A stretch of DNA of 64,000 nucleotides from Amoebophrya sp. A120 (lineage: Eukaryota; Protista; Dinoflagellata), in contig CAJINV010000007.1 of the NCBI GenBank assembly GCA_905178155.1, positions 672,898 through 736,897 on the forward strand. The letters run 5' to 3'. How positions within the stretch are numbered: position 1 is the first letter of the stretch; the number at the start of each line of letters is the position of its first letter. Below the pieces are notes generated by a model. The model worked only from the letters and a program-made list of their open reading frames with translations, searched no databases and had not been told where the DNA came from. Position numbers and translations under genes: made by a program. Shown one piece after another: positions 38,701 to 49,900 of this stretch.

Positions 38701-39262
38701 TGTCTGGGTCTGGAAAGTTGGAACTTGTGATGCTAACTTTGGACTCTAAAAAGATCTGTATTGCATGAGTAGCAAAGGGAATGTAATTTTTGCTACGCGG
38801 ATAGAGCATTTCTCATGCGAAATAGGCATCAAGAACCCCTCGAAAAATCTGGGATGCTACGACATGCATCACAGACATCATGGCTCGTGCAAAACGTGCA
38901 TGACAAGTCTCAGAATCTCCCAGACCCAGACATTTTTGCATTTGATAGCCAAGAAACAGCAGCAATTTGCCGAGGACCATTTGTTCACTCGCCGCGATTA
39001 TGAACTGAAGAAGTATCGTCGCACTAGTAGTAGTTCGTTGTACTTGCAATACAAATTAGCTTAGCATGGCGAATGAAGCTTGTCATGGTGATTCAACTCG
39101 GGAAGAAATTTTGTTTTGCATGACTGCAATTAGAAGTACGAGCAAGTCGAAGATACTTTTTCAATGCATAGCGATAGTAGCGAAACGATTTACGCGAGTG
39201 CATTTGAGCGGTACGAGCAGCGGCAGGGCGGGGTGGTAAACTCGGCGCTGAAGGGGGCGTAG
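32759..39262 (+). CDS. YbaK/ProX-family aminoacyl-tRNA editing domain protein, ~291 aa, 14 exons
   Basis: Spliced product GHTTHNMFVKCKKTKEMYLITVRQKSKIDLKSFAVALGAKELRLCKDREDYLGSTRGCITALALFYDEGWNVKWVVETEL matches the ProX pattern (KNLFLKDKK..YL..VDLK..LG..LR..LG..PG.VT.LAL). Exons 32759-32768, 32950-33036, 33271-33306, 33635-33727, 34097-34143, 34312-34362, 34653-34677, 34897-34910, 35040-35082, 35299-35338, 38177-38257, 38470-38685, 38953-38998, 39176-39262. Confidence 0.75.
32769..32944. mobile_element. Introner, family H (TATCCACAGTA..TTTCCC)
   Basis: DR GGATT/GGATT; ends resemble 58990-59140. Confidence 0.8.
33037..33265. mobile_element. Introner, family I (TATGACAGTGCACAACTCCCCCTC)
   Basis: TIRs; DR CAATG/CAATG. 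Confidence 0.9.
33307..33629. mobile_element. Chimeric introner (family F body, family C right end)
   Basis: DR TCACA/GCACA; left TATTGCGAGGAAAAATCCCCCC, right GGGGACGTTTTTACATAGGATA. Confidence 0.85.
33728..34091. mobile_element. Introner, family A (diverged)
   Basis: DR CTTCG/CTGCG. Confidence 0.8.
34144..34311 (+). other. Canonical GT-AG intron
   Basis: GAG|GTACAG...ACACAG|GAC; joins KDRE to DYLG. Confidence 0.75.
34363..34647. mobile_element. Introner, family G (diverged)
   Basis: DR TTTAC/TCTAC. Confidence 0.8.
34678..34891. mobile_element. Introner, family G
   Basis: DR ATGGG/ATGGG. Confidence 0.9.
34911..35034. mobile_element. Minimal introner, family A (124 bp)
   Basis: DR CCGAA/CCGAA. 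Confidence 0.85.
35083..35293. mobile_element. Introner, family I
   Basis: DR TCAGG/TCAGG; GT-AG compatible. Confidence 0.9.
35373..37954 (-). mobile_element. 5'-truncated non-LTR retrotransposon (LINE-like)
   Basis: RT ORF, short 3' UTR and (CTA)n tail (TAGTAGTAGTAGTAG on + at 35373); introner sequence resumes at 37955. Confidence 0.85.
35433..37946 (-). CDS. Non-LTR reverse transcriptase (N-terminally truncated) with C-terminal Cys/His motifs
   Basis: 837-aa ORF; QFGFR, LVDLKKAF, GTKEGCVSSPLVF, LLFADD, NLGS motifs; three CxxC...H clusters. Confidence 0.92.
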   Translation of the reverse strand: MSPCLLKLCTKIYSDRLYKVLEDKQYFCETQFGFRANRGTLESIMIWNRMKEDLSHYSRHKSSRLLATLVDLKKAFPSLDWRLVTAVMDTLGIGEATCWSVINSSHRHAKHEFYDPETKKPGNRFTLENGTKEGCVSSPLVFLISCTAVMKYHRLLRRQEGSESLKGVRLYSRADLGHMKRTDQLHEITGGEKPEEGEPELSIDHVMDLLFADDTTLLEHMTEEELQQFLKINAELIGKKLAPSESKAMKLLTKALRESGCRENDAKRFSGNICDMSVRNLGSYTDPREDIRQKKRKAWTAYNKLRAKMSGVSNLFAERRGELIIIMIRSIFLYGLAARYVSPDEVRALEREEIAMMQRIQDIPWWERVLQKKSAADLRRKLKVPPFGVHLKYLQMRFVGHVLRRKPTDLARRALVGKFVPILYRGASAGNALEDGLRARAEVLRSVKELKEVDAKERRVESFLQDALEHLTKKCKMPLEMVQLLTEDLEATQARQPEELPSGSALYAANKRLFHAMTRQCFIRETAEDWSNGDADLRQKITDDLAIKYFGNPGQTPTRAEAIKAAQEQDPDVREGDVVHALPTGQPSALEHFDAQRQCMWCAQNYPQAASWGTTDGGPSVEMIAHMQQEHPVKKSTNTDVKALVMKKAEQISNEQDQEIRCEIIERNSDILRDKMARGPAAHIKKIFCKSCELMYASTAGAMEKHAQVHRQNGYIRTGRKKDAQGRATGDYRPEQHLWNHWTGRYYFGSDAKGWRNVLPRDALFTNRAGCEFLRCRKCKTYKILFNHDNRVERPHDHSESLRISKMAAHEGACKPKEKRANHQPKPKRAMKKVVKS
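38258..38469 (+). other. Probable canonical GT-AG intron (acceptor uncertain)
   Basis: TG|GTACGA...CGACAG|C restores frame into ORF 38486. Confidence 0.5.
38686..38947. mobile_element. Introner, family A
   Basis: DR GCGAA/GCCAA. Confidence 0.9.
38999..39170. mobile_element. Introner, family E
   Basis: DR GCGAT/GCGAT. Confidence 0.85.
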
Positions 39263-40975
39263 GGGAGGTCCTGCAAATTTGCTGAGGAACAGGAACACAT
39301 ATAGTGGTTGACAGCGTGGCGCAATTATCTCAACAACCGATTTAGCTATTGCAGTTTTATTTCCAAGAATAAAGCAGCAAAATCCTTTACGCGCAGCATA
39401 AGCAATCTGGCCTTTCTAGTTGTCGCTTTGCACTTGAAAGTACCACGTAGCTACTATGGAGTTTTGCTTTCGTGCTGCTATTTTTCGCACTGAAGTACTT
39501 ACTTATTTTCCTTTTCGTACCAAACAGAAACACTTCTTTGCTGACGCAGTCGGTCATTCACATTCTGGCGGCTTCGCAGGCAGTTCTTGTTCCGCAGATT
39601 TTGGTACTAATTCTAGCGCATGAAGTGCCACATCAAGATGAATCTCCTTATCAAGAACTTGAACTTTGAAATAAATAGCTTGGTCACAGTCACATTTAGA
39701 CAAAACAACAGAACGCAGACATGCAGCAACCTCATTTTTTTTGCCGAGATGTATCTACTTCGTGTGCTACTTCTGTCTCTGTGTCAACATCGTGTGTTCC
39801 ACCCTCGGACCACAGAGCTTGTTGATGTTGCTGAGCGAGAAAGCAGAAAATCTTTGAGAAGTAGTCGCACTATTGAAGCACAACGCAAACGCCAGACCCA
39901 GAAAAACTGACTGAGAGTCTTGCTTTCTCTACTTGGGATCTTCGAGATGGATATTTTGCAAAATCGCATTAGTTACACACGATGAAGATGAACCCGATGG
40001 ACGGGCCCATCGATCTTCCACTTATTTGTCACTCAATCTCTTGCCACCTGCTTGTGATTTTGCTAAAGGTAGTACAGGACAGTTGTCAAGAACCCGATGG
40101 ATCATCATCATATGTAGCGACGCCACAGCTGATCTCAATTTATTAACTTAGCCGTGATATGAATTATCGTGGCAGAAACGAAATAAACGATGGAAATCAT
40201 ACTTCTGAAAAATGCAGGATGGCCAGGCAGTGGCTGCACCCACTAGCTACTGAGAATCGAAGAAGCTCCTGCGGTATCTTCGTCTTCCCTGCCACACTGC
40301 TGCATCTGCCCGCTAGCCTGGGTGCTTAGAAGACTTTGCAGGTGAGACTACTCAGGTGGTCGTAGAAGTGTCGACAGCCTGCGAAAATCCACGAAGATCC
40401 AACCACGTTCGTTGTTTTCGTCTTTTTCTCTCAGCAACGCGTAAGAGGAGACACTACAACTTGGCCAGCTATGGCGACTGTTGCAGGTATTGTCACACTT
40501 GATGATCAATTGCTTGCCTGTATGGAGCGGCCCATGTTGTCATGCAAAAAGAACTGTATGAAGATGAACAAGCCTTATAGTTATATATACGAAGCCCATT
40601 CTTGATTTGTCCGACACCCAATTTGAATTTTCTTGTTCAGGCACTACGTGTCGAGTTTTTAGTCCTCTGCGTTTTTACTCTAGTTAGAAAGATTCACAGT
40701 AGAAATTAGTTTTTTTTAGTTGTACGCACGCATTTATTTCGCTTGTATACCTCATTCTGATGGCGTTGTCACCTCGCTCAAAGCAACGAGGGCTTTGCTC
40801 CGCCCGGATGAAGAGGCGTACAAATTGTCAAACAAATATTTATTCGCCATCTGTACTGATCTGTTTTTTTTGATACAGTTCTACCCTCGCGTTGGTCCTC
40901 GCCGACGCATACTAAGATAGTTCTGCTGTACCCATCTCTAGTACTTGTACCCGCATTTATTTTGCGGCAGACAAG

Positions 40976-43900
40976 ATGACAGTCCTCTCCCCGGAAATCT
41001 ACCTAGACAGCGACAACGACCTTGTTCTCCCCTACAACAATAGCGACAAAAACAACAACAACCCAGCGCAACAACCACAACCCGGCGCGGCTTCCAAAGC
41101 CCCGAGAGGTCTCCAGAAGGTGAAGCCGAAAGAGGGCGCGCCGAAGGATGACTTATCAACTGCAAACATGTCTGGGTCTGGAAGAATGGAACTTGTGATG
41201 CTGTCTTTGGATTCTGAAAAAATTTGTATTGCATGACCAGCAACAGCAGTCCACTTTGTGCTACTTACACAGAGAGGGCGTTTCCCATGCGGAAAAGGCA
41301 TCAGAAAGGGTTCTAAAAATCTGAGATGGTAGGGCATGCATCACAGACAATCGTGGGTCGTGCCAAATATGCATGACAAACCTGGCAATCAATCTTCCAG
41401 ACCCAGACATATTTGCATTTGATATGACTGGCAGAAGTACCAGAAGCTGTCTCTGCACGAGCACATTTTACTCCGGGGCGACAGTTATCAAATGCAAATA
41501 TTCCTGGATGTCTGGAAGATTGCGAGACTTGTCATGCCAGTCTGGCATGTCTCTGCACTCTGTATTGCGTGGCCACCAAGAGGTCCTGCTCTTGCCTGTC
41601 ATGCAAAAGCGCAGTTCCTCATGCGGAATGCGCTTCACAGAATCACGAAAAAACTTGTCATGCTTGGCGGCGCCGCATTACAGAGCACTTATTGTTCACG
41701 GAGTTGCGTCACAAGTTTCCAGATCCAGACATATTTGCATTTGATAACAGTTACGTCGGGAGTTGCGAGCCGGAAGATGGGGACTTCTGGGTCGTTTCGG
41801 AAACCGACGCGACCAAGATGGAGAAGCGAACGCTGAAGTACGCCCCGGGTCTGTTTTATCAAATGCAAATATGCCTGGGTCTGGAAGACAGGAGTAACTT
41901 GTGATGCTAAGTCTACACCCTGTGAAAATCTGTGTTGCATGACTGCCAACAGTTGTCCACTTTTGACCAAGTTGCGAGGGAGTTTCTCATGCAGGACAGG
42001 CATGATAGAGATCTCACAGAATCTGTCGCGCCAGGTCCTGCATTTCAGACCTCATGGGTCATGGAAAATCTGCATGACAAGCTTCCACGCTTCCAGACCC
42101 AGACATATTTGCATTTGATATGTTCAAGATCTTCGACGAGATTCTGGTCAACGCCGCGGATAACTTGCAGCGGGATGATAGTATGAGCACTATCCGGGTA
42201 AAGATCTCTTCCCAAGAGATCTCCGTCGAGAACGACGGTCAGGTATCAAAGTGAAAAATCCCCCCTCCCCATATTGAAGCGGAAACTTCTGTTGCTGGAT
42301 TTGGGTACACAAATCAGCCCTGTCTTGCAGTGAGGCACTACACCAGGCAAAGCCGCAGCCTGCGTGGGGGTGTTTTGCTGTAGGCGCTTAGCATAACAGA
42401 GGCCTGCCATGTAGGTGAAACAGCATTACAAAGCGCCTCCATAAGGCGGCGGATTCTCTGGGGTTGCCTTCTTGCAAGAGAGACAGGATTTGTGGTCACA
42501 AATCAGCATCACAAACGTAACGTTTCAATATTTATGGTGAGGGAGGATTTTTCTTCGCAATATCAGGGGGTGAGGATAGCTCCGCACCAGAAGGAAACCG
42601 AAAAAACTGCCGACGGGAAGCACGAACAAAAAATCATGATCCCAACGATGATTTTCGGTTCCTTGCTATGCAGTGCAAAAGTATCGTACTCGTATAAAAT
42701 GCATTACAAATTTCCGCAGCATGAGAAATTAAATTTGTAATGCGGACGATTTACCTTGTAATACAATACGAGTGCGATACTTTTGCACAGGATACTTGCT
42801 CGCCGGTGACAACTTCAACGACAACAAGAAGCGGTGCGCGGGGGGACGGAACGGATACGGGGCGAAGCTAGCGAACGTGTACTCGATATCCTCTGCAAAA
42901 ACATCACCACCCCAGAGTTTTCATGCGGATTTGCAATTGTAGGAACATTTGTAATGCGCATCCCCATGAGAGGCATTTCCAGTCGTGTTTCGGAATTTCT
43001 GATGCTGTAAACAGGATAAGCAGATGGCCCTGTGATGCGGCTGCACTTTCCAGACTGCACTACAATGCAGAGAGGAACTTGTCATGCGTGACTCCCAAAG
43101 CTTCTGGATTTGTGTTGCGAGATCCCCATGATCTTGACTCCGGGGTGGGGACGTTTTTACACAGAATACTCGACCATGTTCCGAGTGGAAACGGTGGATA
43201 AGAAGGGACAGGATCGGCTCGGAAAACCGGTGAAATACTTCTCCCAAGAGTGGACCCGGAACATGTTTGATAAACAGGAACCAATCCTGTTGCCCGAAGT
43301 CCCGGAGGCGGCGTCAAAAAATTCCGGGCTGAAGCAATTCACCCGGGTGACGTTCCGGCCCGATATGAGTAAGTTCCAGTCTAAAGCGAAAAGTGCAAAT
43401 GCGAGTAACCCGTTGGAGTTGAAGAAGGAACAACTTCTTCTAGAGGACAACAAACAGCTCGAAATGGACGCCGACATCCTCGCCCTGATGACGAGAAGAG
43501 TCTACGACTTGGCCGCCTGCACCCCACCGCACGTCGCGGTTTTTTTGAACGACAAGGAGTTGCCGATTAGAACTTTCAAGGACTACGTCGGGATGTTCGA
43601 CGCGCAATTTTATGACAATGCACAACTCTCTCTCTCCCTCAGCATTTGTATGGGATGAACAGCAGTACAAACACCAGCACACGTAGAGCCTATGCATGCC
43701 AAATTTGTGCACCTGATCATGTAGTACTGTTTGGGCTTGAGCTTGTTTCGCATTTGTCATGCAAACAGTGCCACAAGGCAGCGACTGGATTTGGGATTTT
43801 GCATGACAACATTGACAAATGAGGGGGAGTGGGAGTTGTGCACTGTCATAAATTTTCCACCAGCACCAAAACACAACTCAGCAATGTGAAGAAGGAAGAG

Positions 43901-46900
43901 GTGGAAAAAATAGATGAAAGCGGTGGAATGAATAACGCAAACAACAAAATCATCTCCGACGAAGATGATTCTCAAAATAACTCTAGAGAAGATTCTCTCT
44001 CCGAGCAGCACAAGAACCTGATCAAGGCCACCATTGTCGACCCAGAGGAGTGCGATCACGATCCAACCAAGGTTCGCCCCTCGAAAAGATGGGAGGTGTA
44101 CATCGGGATGAGTGAAAAAACGCAGTTTCAGCACGTTTCCTTTGCGAATTGCATCGCGACCACGAAGGGCGGAACCCACGTGTCGCACGTGGAAGCGCCG
44201 TTGGTGGAACGGATTTGGGAGAAAGCTAGGGATAGTTACGACGGGAAGTTTAAGATCACGAGGCCGCACATCAAAAACCACTTGTTTCTGTTCATCAACG
44301 CGTATGTGGAAAATCCTACCTTTAACTCGCAAACGAAAGAAGACATGACGAGCTTGCCGAAGGACTTCGGGTCGAAATGTGTCTTGTCGGAAGAAACGGT
44401 CCAAGCGGTTTTGAACTGCGGGATTGTAGACACGATTGTGAAGTGGGCGAATGCGAAGCAACAGGCGGAATTGGCGAAAAGGTACAACTTCGATACCAGT
44501 TGGACTTACCTAGTAGAGTGTTGTTCATGCAAATGAAATGCATTTCCACAAATCGCCAACTGTGACCGTAATCCAATCGAATTCTGCACACGAAAGAACC
44601 ATACATAAAGATGAAAAACCATTACTTAAATTTCTATCAGGGCCAAGATCTCCAGCAAGTCTTTAACGAAGCTGATCATCCCGAAGCTCGTATGAAATGT
44701 AAAAATGTCTTGGTCTGGAAGACTGCATGTTTGTCATGCTTGTCTGGCATGACTCTTAAATCTGTCATGCACGTTACCCAAGAGCTCCATTTTTCTGTGA
44801 TCCAGAAACGCAGTTTGTCATGCAGAATAGGCAAGAACACCTAGAAGCTCAGAAACTTGCCATGCTGAGCCAGCACTTGTGGCCTCATCATGAGACGCCA
44901 CCCAGCATCACAAGTTTCCAGACCCAGACATTTTTACATTTGATAGCTCGAGGACGCGAACCATGCGGGAACCGCCGCTGCAATGGACTGCACGTTGATA
45001 TGGCGTTCTCAAATCGGTTACCTTCTTAACTGTTAGTACACGATTTCTCTTCATGCAAACTTACAACCAGAATCGACGCGATCAAGCTGCATCGCATGAC
45101 AAATGCTCGAAAAGGAGCGAAACAGGCTAAGAATCTGCGCCAAGTCTGTCATGCAAGACGCGCAAGGTCACCCATTTCACTTTTGCCATTCTTGCATCAC
45201 AAATCCATGTAACAGGTGAGAATGTAACAGTTGAGAGCGCCATAGTCGATCCTAACAGAGGGAGATTCCGCGAAAGCCACCGCAATGGCGGGTCTCGGCG
45301 TGGTCGGCCGGGACTACTACGGTGTGTTCCCCCTCCGCGGAAAAGTCTTAAACGTCCGGAACGCGAACCCGGCGCAGGTGACGAACAACAAGGAAATCGT
45401 GAATTTGTGTAAAATTCTCGGGCTGGAGATCCCGTCCACCGCGTTATCCGGGAAGAACTTGGCCTTGGAGGACAGGATAAAGGAAGAGGAGCTCATGGAG
45501 TCCCAAGTCGAGGTGCTGAAGAAAAAGATGCGGTACGGCTCGGTCACCATCATGACGGATCAGGATTACGATGGCTCGCACATCAAGGGGCTGCTATTGA
45601 ATTTACTGCAGTACTACTGGCCAAGTTTAATTCGTCACGAGCCGCAGTTCGTTCGGGAATTCGTGACGCCGATCGTGAAAGTCACGAAAAAGAAGGAAAC
45701 GATCGTGTTTTTCACCGTAGCGGAGTACGAAGCTTGGAAGGAGAACACGCCGGCGGAGGAACGGAAAAGGTGGAAGGCCAAATACTACAAAGGTACAGAC
45801 GTTTCTTTTGACTGACTTTTTCATGCGCTCAGAGTGTCGCTTCTTGTGGTTGTGCCTGTTATGGACAGAAGCAGAACTGCATGTTGACGAGTACTTACTA
45901 GTAGAGAAAAACTACAAAAAGGCTAAGCCACAAAATCTTCTATATTTATTATCCCCCAGGTCTCGGAACCTCCACCGGAAAAGAAGCAAAGCAGTACTTC
46001 GAAAAGTTGGATCGTCACTCCCTGGCTTTCAAGTACGAGAACGATCATGATGACGACAATCTCTCGATGGCGTTCGACCAAAAACGCGCGGACGACCGGA
46101 AAGAATGGATCCGGAATTTGAATGCGGATGAGTACATCGATCACAACGAATCGGAACTCACGATCACGGAATTTATCAAGAAGGAGCTCGTCTTCATGGC
46201 CGAATACGACGTGATGCGGTCCATTCCGAACGTGATGGACGGGTTTAAGCCCACGCAGAGGAAAATTCTCTACTGTGCCTTCAAGAAGAAACTGAAGAGC
46301 GACATCAAGGTACAGTATTTTTACCCGTACAGCAACTCCAACTCCTTTGGCGGCATGCTTCATTTTGTCGTGTTTTGTCATGCACAATCTCAAAGAGGTA
46401 CGTTGCTTGTCATGCTGCAAGGCGAGGACGACGAACAAATCGATCAGGTCGCGCAACTCGCGGGGTATGTTTCCGAGAAGGCAGCTTACCATCATGGTGA
46501 AGTCTCCTTAGAAGGCGCGATCGTCGGCATGGCGCAGGACTTCGTCGGCTCGAATAACGTGAAATTACTCGTCCCCAGCGGGCAATTCGGAACGCGAATT
46601 GAAGGTGGAAAGGATCACGCTGCGAGCAGGTACGGGAAATCTGTATTGGAATTTCGAAACAGTAGTAAGTACTATGCGTAGGTACTGAAGAAGCGACAAG
46701 AGGCACGTTGACAAATCTAGATCTGAGTATAGAATTTTCGCATGAGATGAAACTAGAACTATTACAACATCCAGAGAAACAAGTAAAGCACTCTCTGCTC
46801 GTAATATTCAATCTTCAGGTACATCTACACCCGGCTGAACAACCCCCTGACCCGCGCGATTTTTCTATGAAATGTAAAAATGTCTGGGTCTGGAAACTTG

Positions 46901-49900
46901 TAATGCTGCGTTGGGAATGGTGAATGCTCTGTAATGCACAGGCAAGCATGAGAAATATCTGCGCTTCTTTGTGTTGCGTTTTTCGCATGACAAACTGCGT
47001 TTTTGCATGACAGGCAAAAGGGTCTCTTCTTGGACACGCATCACAAACTTTCTGGTCATGCCAGAAAAGCATGACAAATCTCAAAATCTTCCAGACCCAG
47101 ACATTTTTGCATTTGATATTTTCACCCCGATGACGACAAAATTCTCGAGTACAACCAGGAGGAGGGAAAGTATCAAATGCACATACGTCTGGGTCTGGAA
47201 ACTTGTGATACTGGGTGGCGATCATGATTGAACATACTCCTGAGTGCGACCAAGCATGACAAATTTTGCGGAAACTTTCTCATGCGTAGTGTGCATGAGA
47301 AACTGCGCTTCTGCATGACAAAGGAAGGCTCCTTTTCCTGGTCATGCAATACAGATTTTACAGGAATCCAAGTCACGCAATACAGGTTCCACTCTTCCAG
47401 GCCCAGAAACTTTTGCATTTGATAGGAAGTGGATTGAACCCAAACTTTTCTGCCCGGTCATCCCGATGGTGCTAGTCAACGGCGCGGAGGGTATCGGGAC
47501 CGGTTGGTCGACCTCCATCCCGAATTACGACCCCAGAGACGTGGTGGAGAACTGCCGCATCTTCATCAAGCGACACTTATTGAACACGAAGCACAAACGA
47601 TCGAAATCGAAGCAGCAGAGTGTCGTGGAAAACGAGAACGGGGACGTGATAATGGTGGATGACGATGATGATGATAAGGATGCTATCCTAAGTAAAAACG
47701 TCTCCACCCCATAGTCAAGTTGGGAACTTTGCAACACAAATCCACCAGTTTTGCGACTCACGCATGACAAACTTTCCCCTGTATTGTAGAGCGGGTTAGC
47801 AAGGAAAGCTGCATCACAAATCCATCTCTTGATCTTGTTTACAGCATTACAAATGCCAAAACACGACCGAAAGTGCCTCTTATGGGGTTGCGCATGGCAA
47901 TTGTTTCTGTTATTGCGAATCTGCATGACAACTCTGGGGTGGGGAGGGTTTTAAACAGGATAGATGCCGAGCAACAGAATGCGAATCTTCCGAATTACAT
48001 CGAGATGAAGCCGTGGTTCCGGAATTTTCGCGGGGAAGTGCGGGGGAAGTCGGGCGCGAAGAATTTCACTACGGAAGGGTGCGTGTCGGTCACAGTCCAC
48101 GAAGATGGATCGAGCACGGTGGAGATCACGGAACTTCCGATCAGAGTGTGGTATGCATTGCAAAAGAATCGTACAACTTTACTACGTGGTAATTGCATTT
48201 ACAAATTAGCCCAGCATGACGACAAGTCAGTGGAATTTGTCATGCAGATTCACCTTGGGAAGGGGGTTTGTAATGCGTGACTGCGATTACATTTAATTTA
48301 CTACCAGTGCGATACTTTTACAATCCATATGTGGACGCAGGCTTACAAGGAGAAGTTGCTGAAAATGATCAGCGACGACAAGCATGGAATCCGGGATTTT
48401 AGAGAGTATCGAAAAATGTCTGAATTTTTGGTGATGTAGTTTCCTGTCACGCATAATTATATTGGAGAAAAACTATCTCTATCGCGATGAAGTTGATTCG
48501 AAAAACCATCGCGAGTGCCGCAGCCGAGCATCCTTGGTTTCAGGGTTTTAGGATTTAGGGTCTCTGCTCCCGACTTCGCTGTGCCGCATCGAGCTGCACC
48601 ACGGAGTAAGTAAGTAGTTGTTTCGCAATGAAAAGACAAATAAAAGCCTCGTCCTAAATCACAGGCACCACACCGATGTCACCGTCCACTTCTCCATCGA
48701 CTTGACCGAGCCGGGGCAAGTGCAGGCCGAGGCTGCGGGTTACATGAAGTACTTCGGTCTGTCCTCCTCACTCGCTACCAGCAACATGATGGGTTTCAAC
48801 AAGGAGCACAAGATCTACAAGTACGACAGCCCCCTCGACATCGTGAAGGAATTCTGCGGATTCCGGGTGGAATTTTATCAAAAACGGAAGAAATACTTGC
48901 TCGACAAATTAAAACAGTCCGAATGCGAACTGGAAAACCAGCGCAGGTTCGTGTTAGCCGTGGTGAAACGGGAGCTGATTGTCCGGAAGCGGAAAATTGC
49001 GGACATTTTACAAGACTTGCGAGCCATGAACTTCGTGACAAAGTCGGTTTTGAACTCTATGGCGGCGAGATCCGAGCGGGAGGAGGAGGAAAACGCGGAA
49101 AAGGATGAAGAAAACGAAGATAACGACAACGACGGCGACAATAACGACCCTGGTTCCGACGACGAGGCGAATGAGGACGATGAAAATAATCGGGCCAGTA
49201 ACAACGCGGCAAACAATGCGAGGAAAGAGTACGACTACTTGCTCGGCATGCCGCTGTCCTCCCTGACCACCGATAAGGTGAAGGAACTCGAGCAGACGTA
49301 CAAGGGAAAAGTAGCGGAAAGGGAAATCCTCGAGAAGAAATCCGTCGCGGATCTGTGGCTCGCGGATTTGGACGATATGCATTGCACAAAATATATCTGG
49401 GTCTGGAAGATTGCCAGATTTGTCATGCTTGTCTGACATAGCTCGGAACTCTGTCATGCGTAGGTGCAAAAAGATCGCTTTGTCTGTGATGCAAAAGCGC
49501 AGTCTGCCATACGGAATACGCTACACGTAGCAGGAGCCCAAAAACTTGTCATGCTTGGCCACGTATGACAGTGTGCCCAGTATCTATTCCCTGGCTTGCA
49601 TCACAAGTTTCCAGACCCAGACATACTTGCAATGCATAGACGAGATCATGGTGCAATTGGACGCCGAAGACGCTTTTTACGACGCGGAATTGGCGGAAGC
49701 GCGGAAACAGCAAGAAAAGGCAATGGGGTTCAAAATCGGCGGTGCGGCTGGGGATAATAAATCGAAGATGGCCAAGAAATTGAAGAAGAACAAAGAAGGA
49801 GGTGGAACATTAAATAATGCAGGAGATCATGACGACAACAACGACGCTCCCGGTGAGGACAAGAAGCCGAAGGCGCCGAAGATGAAAAGGAAAATTAAGG

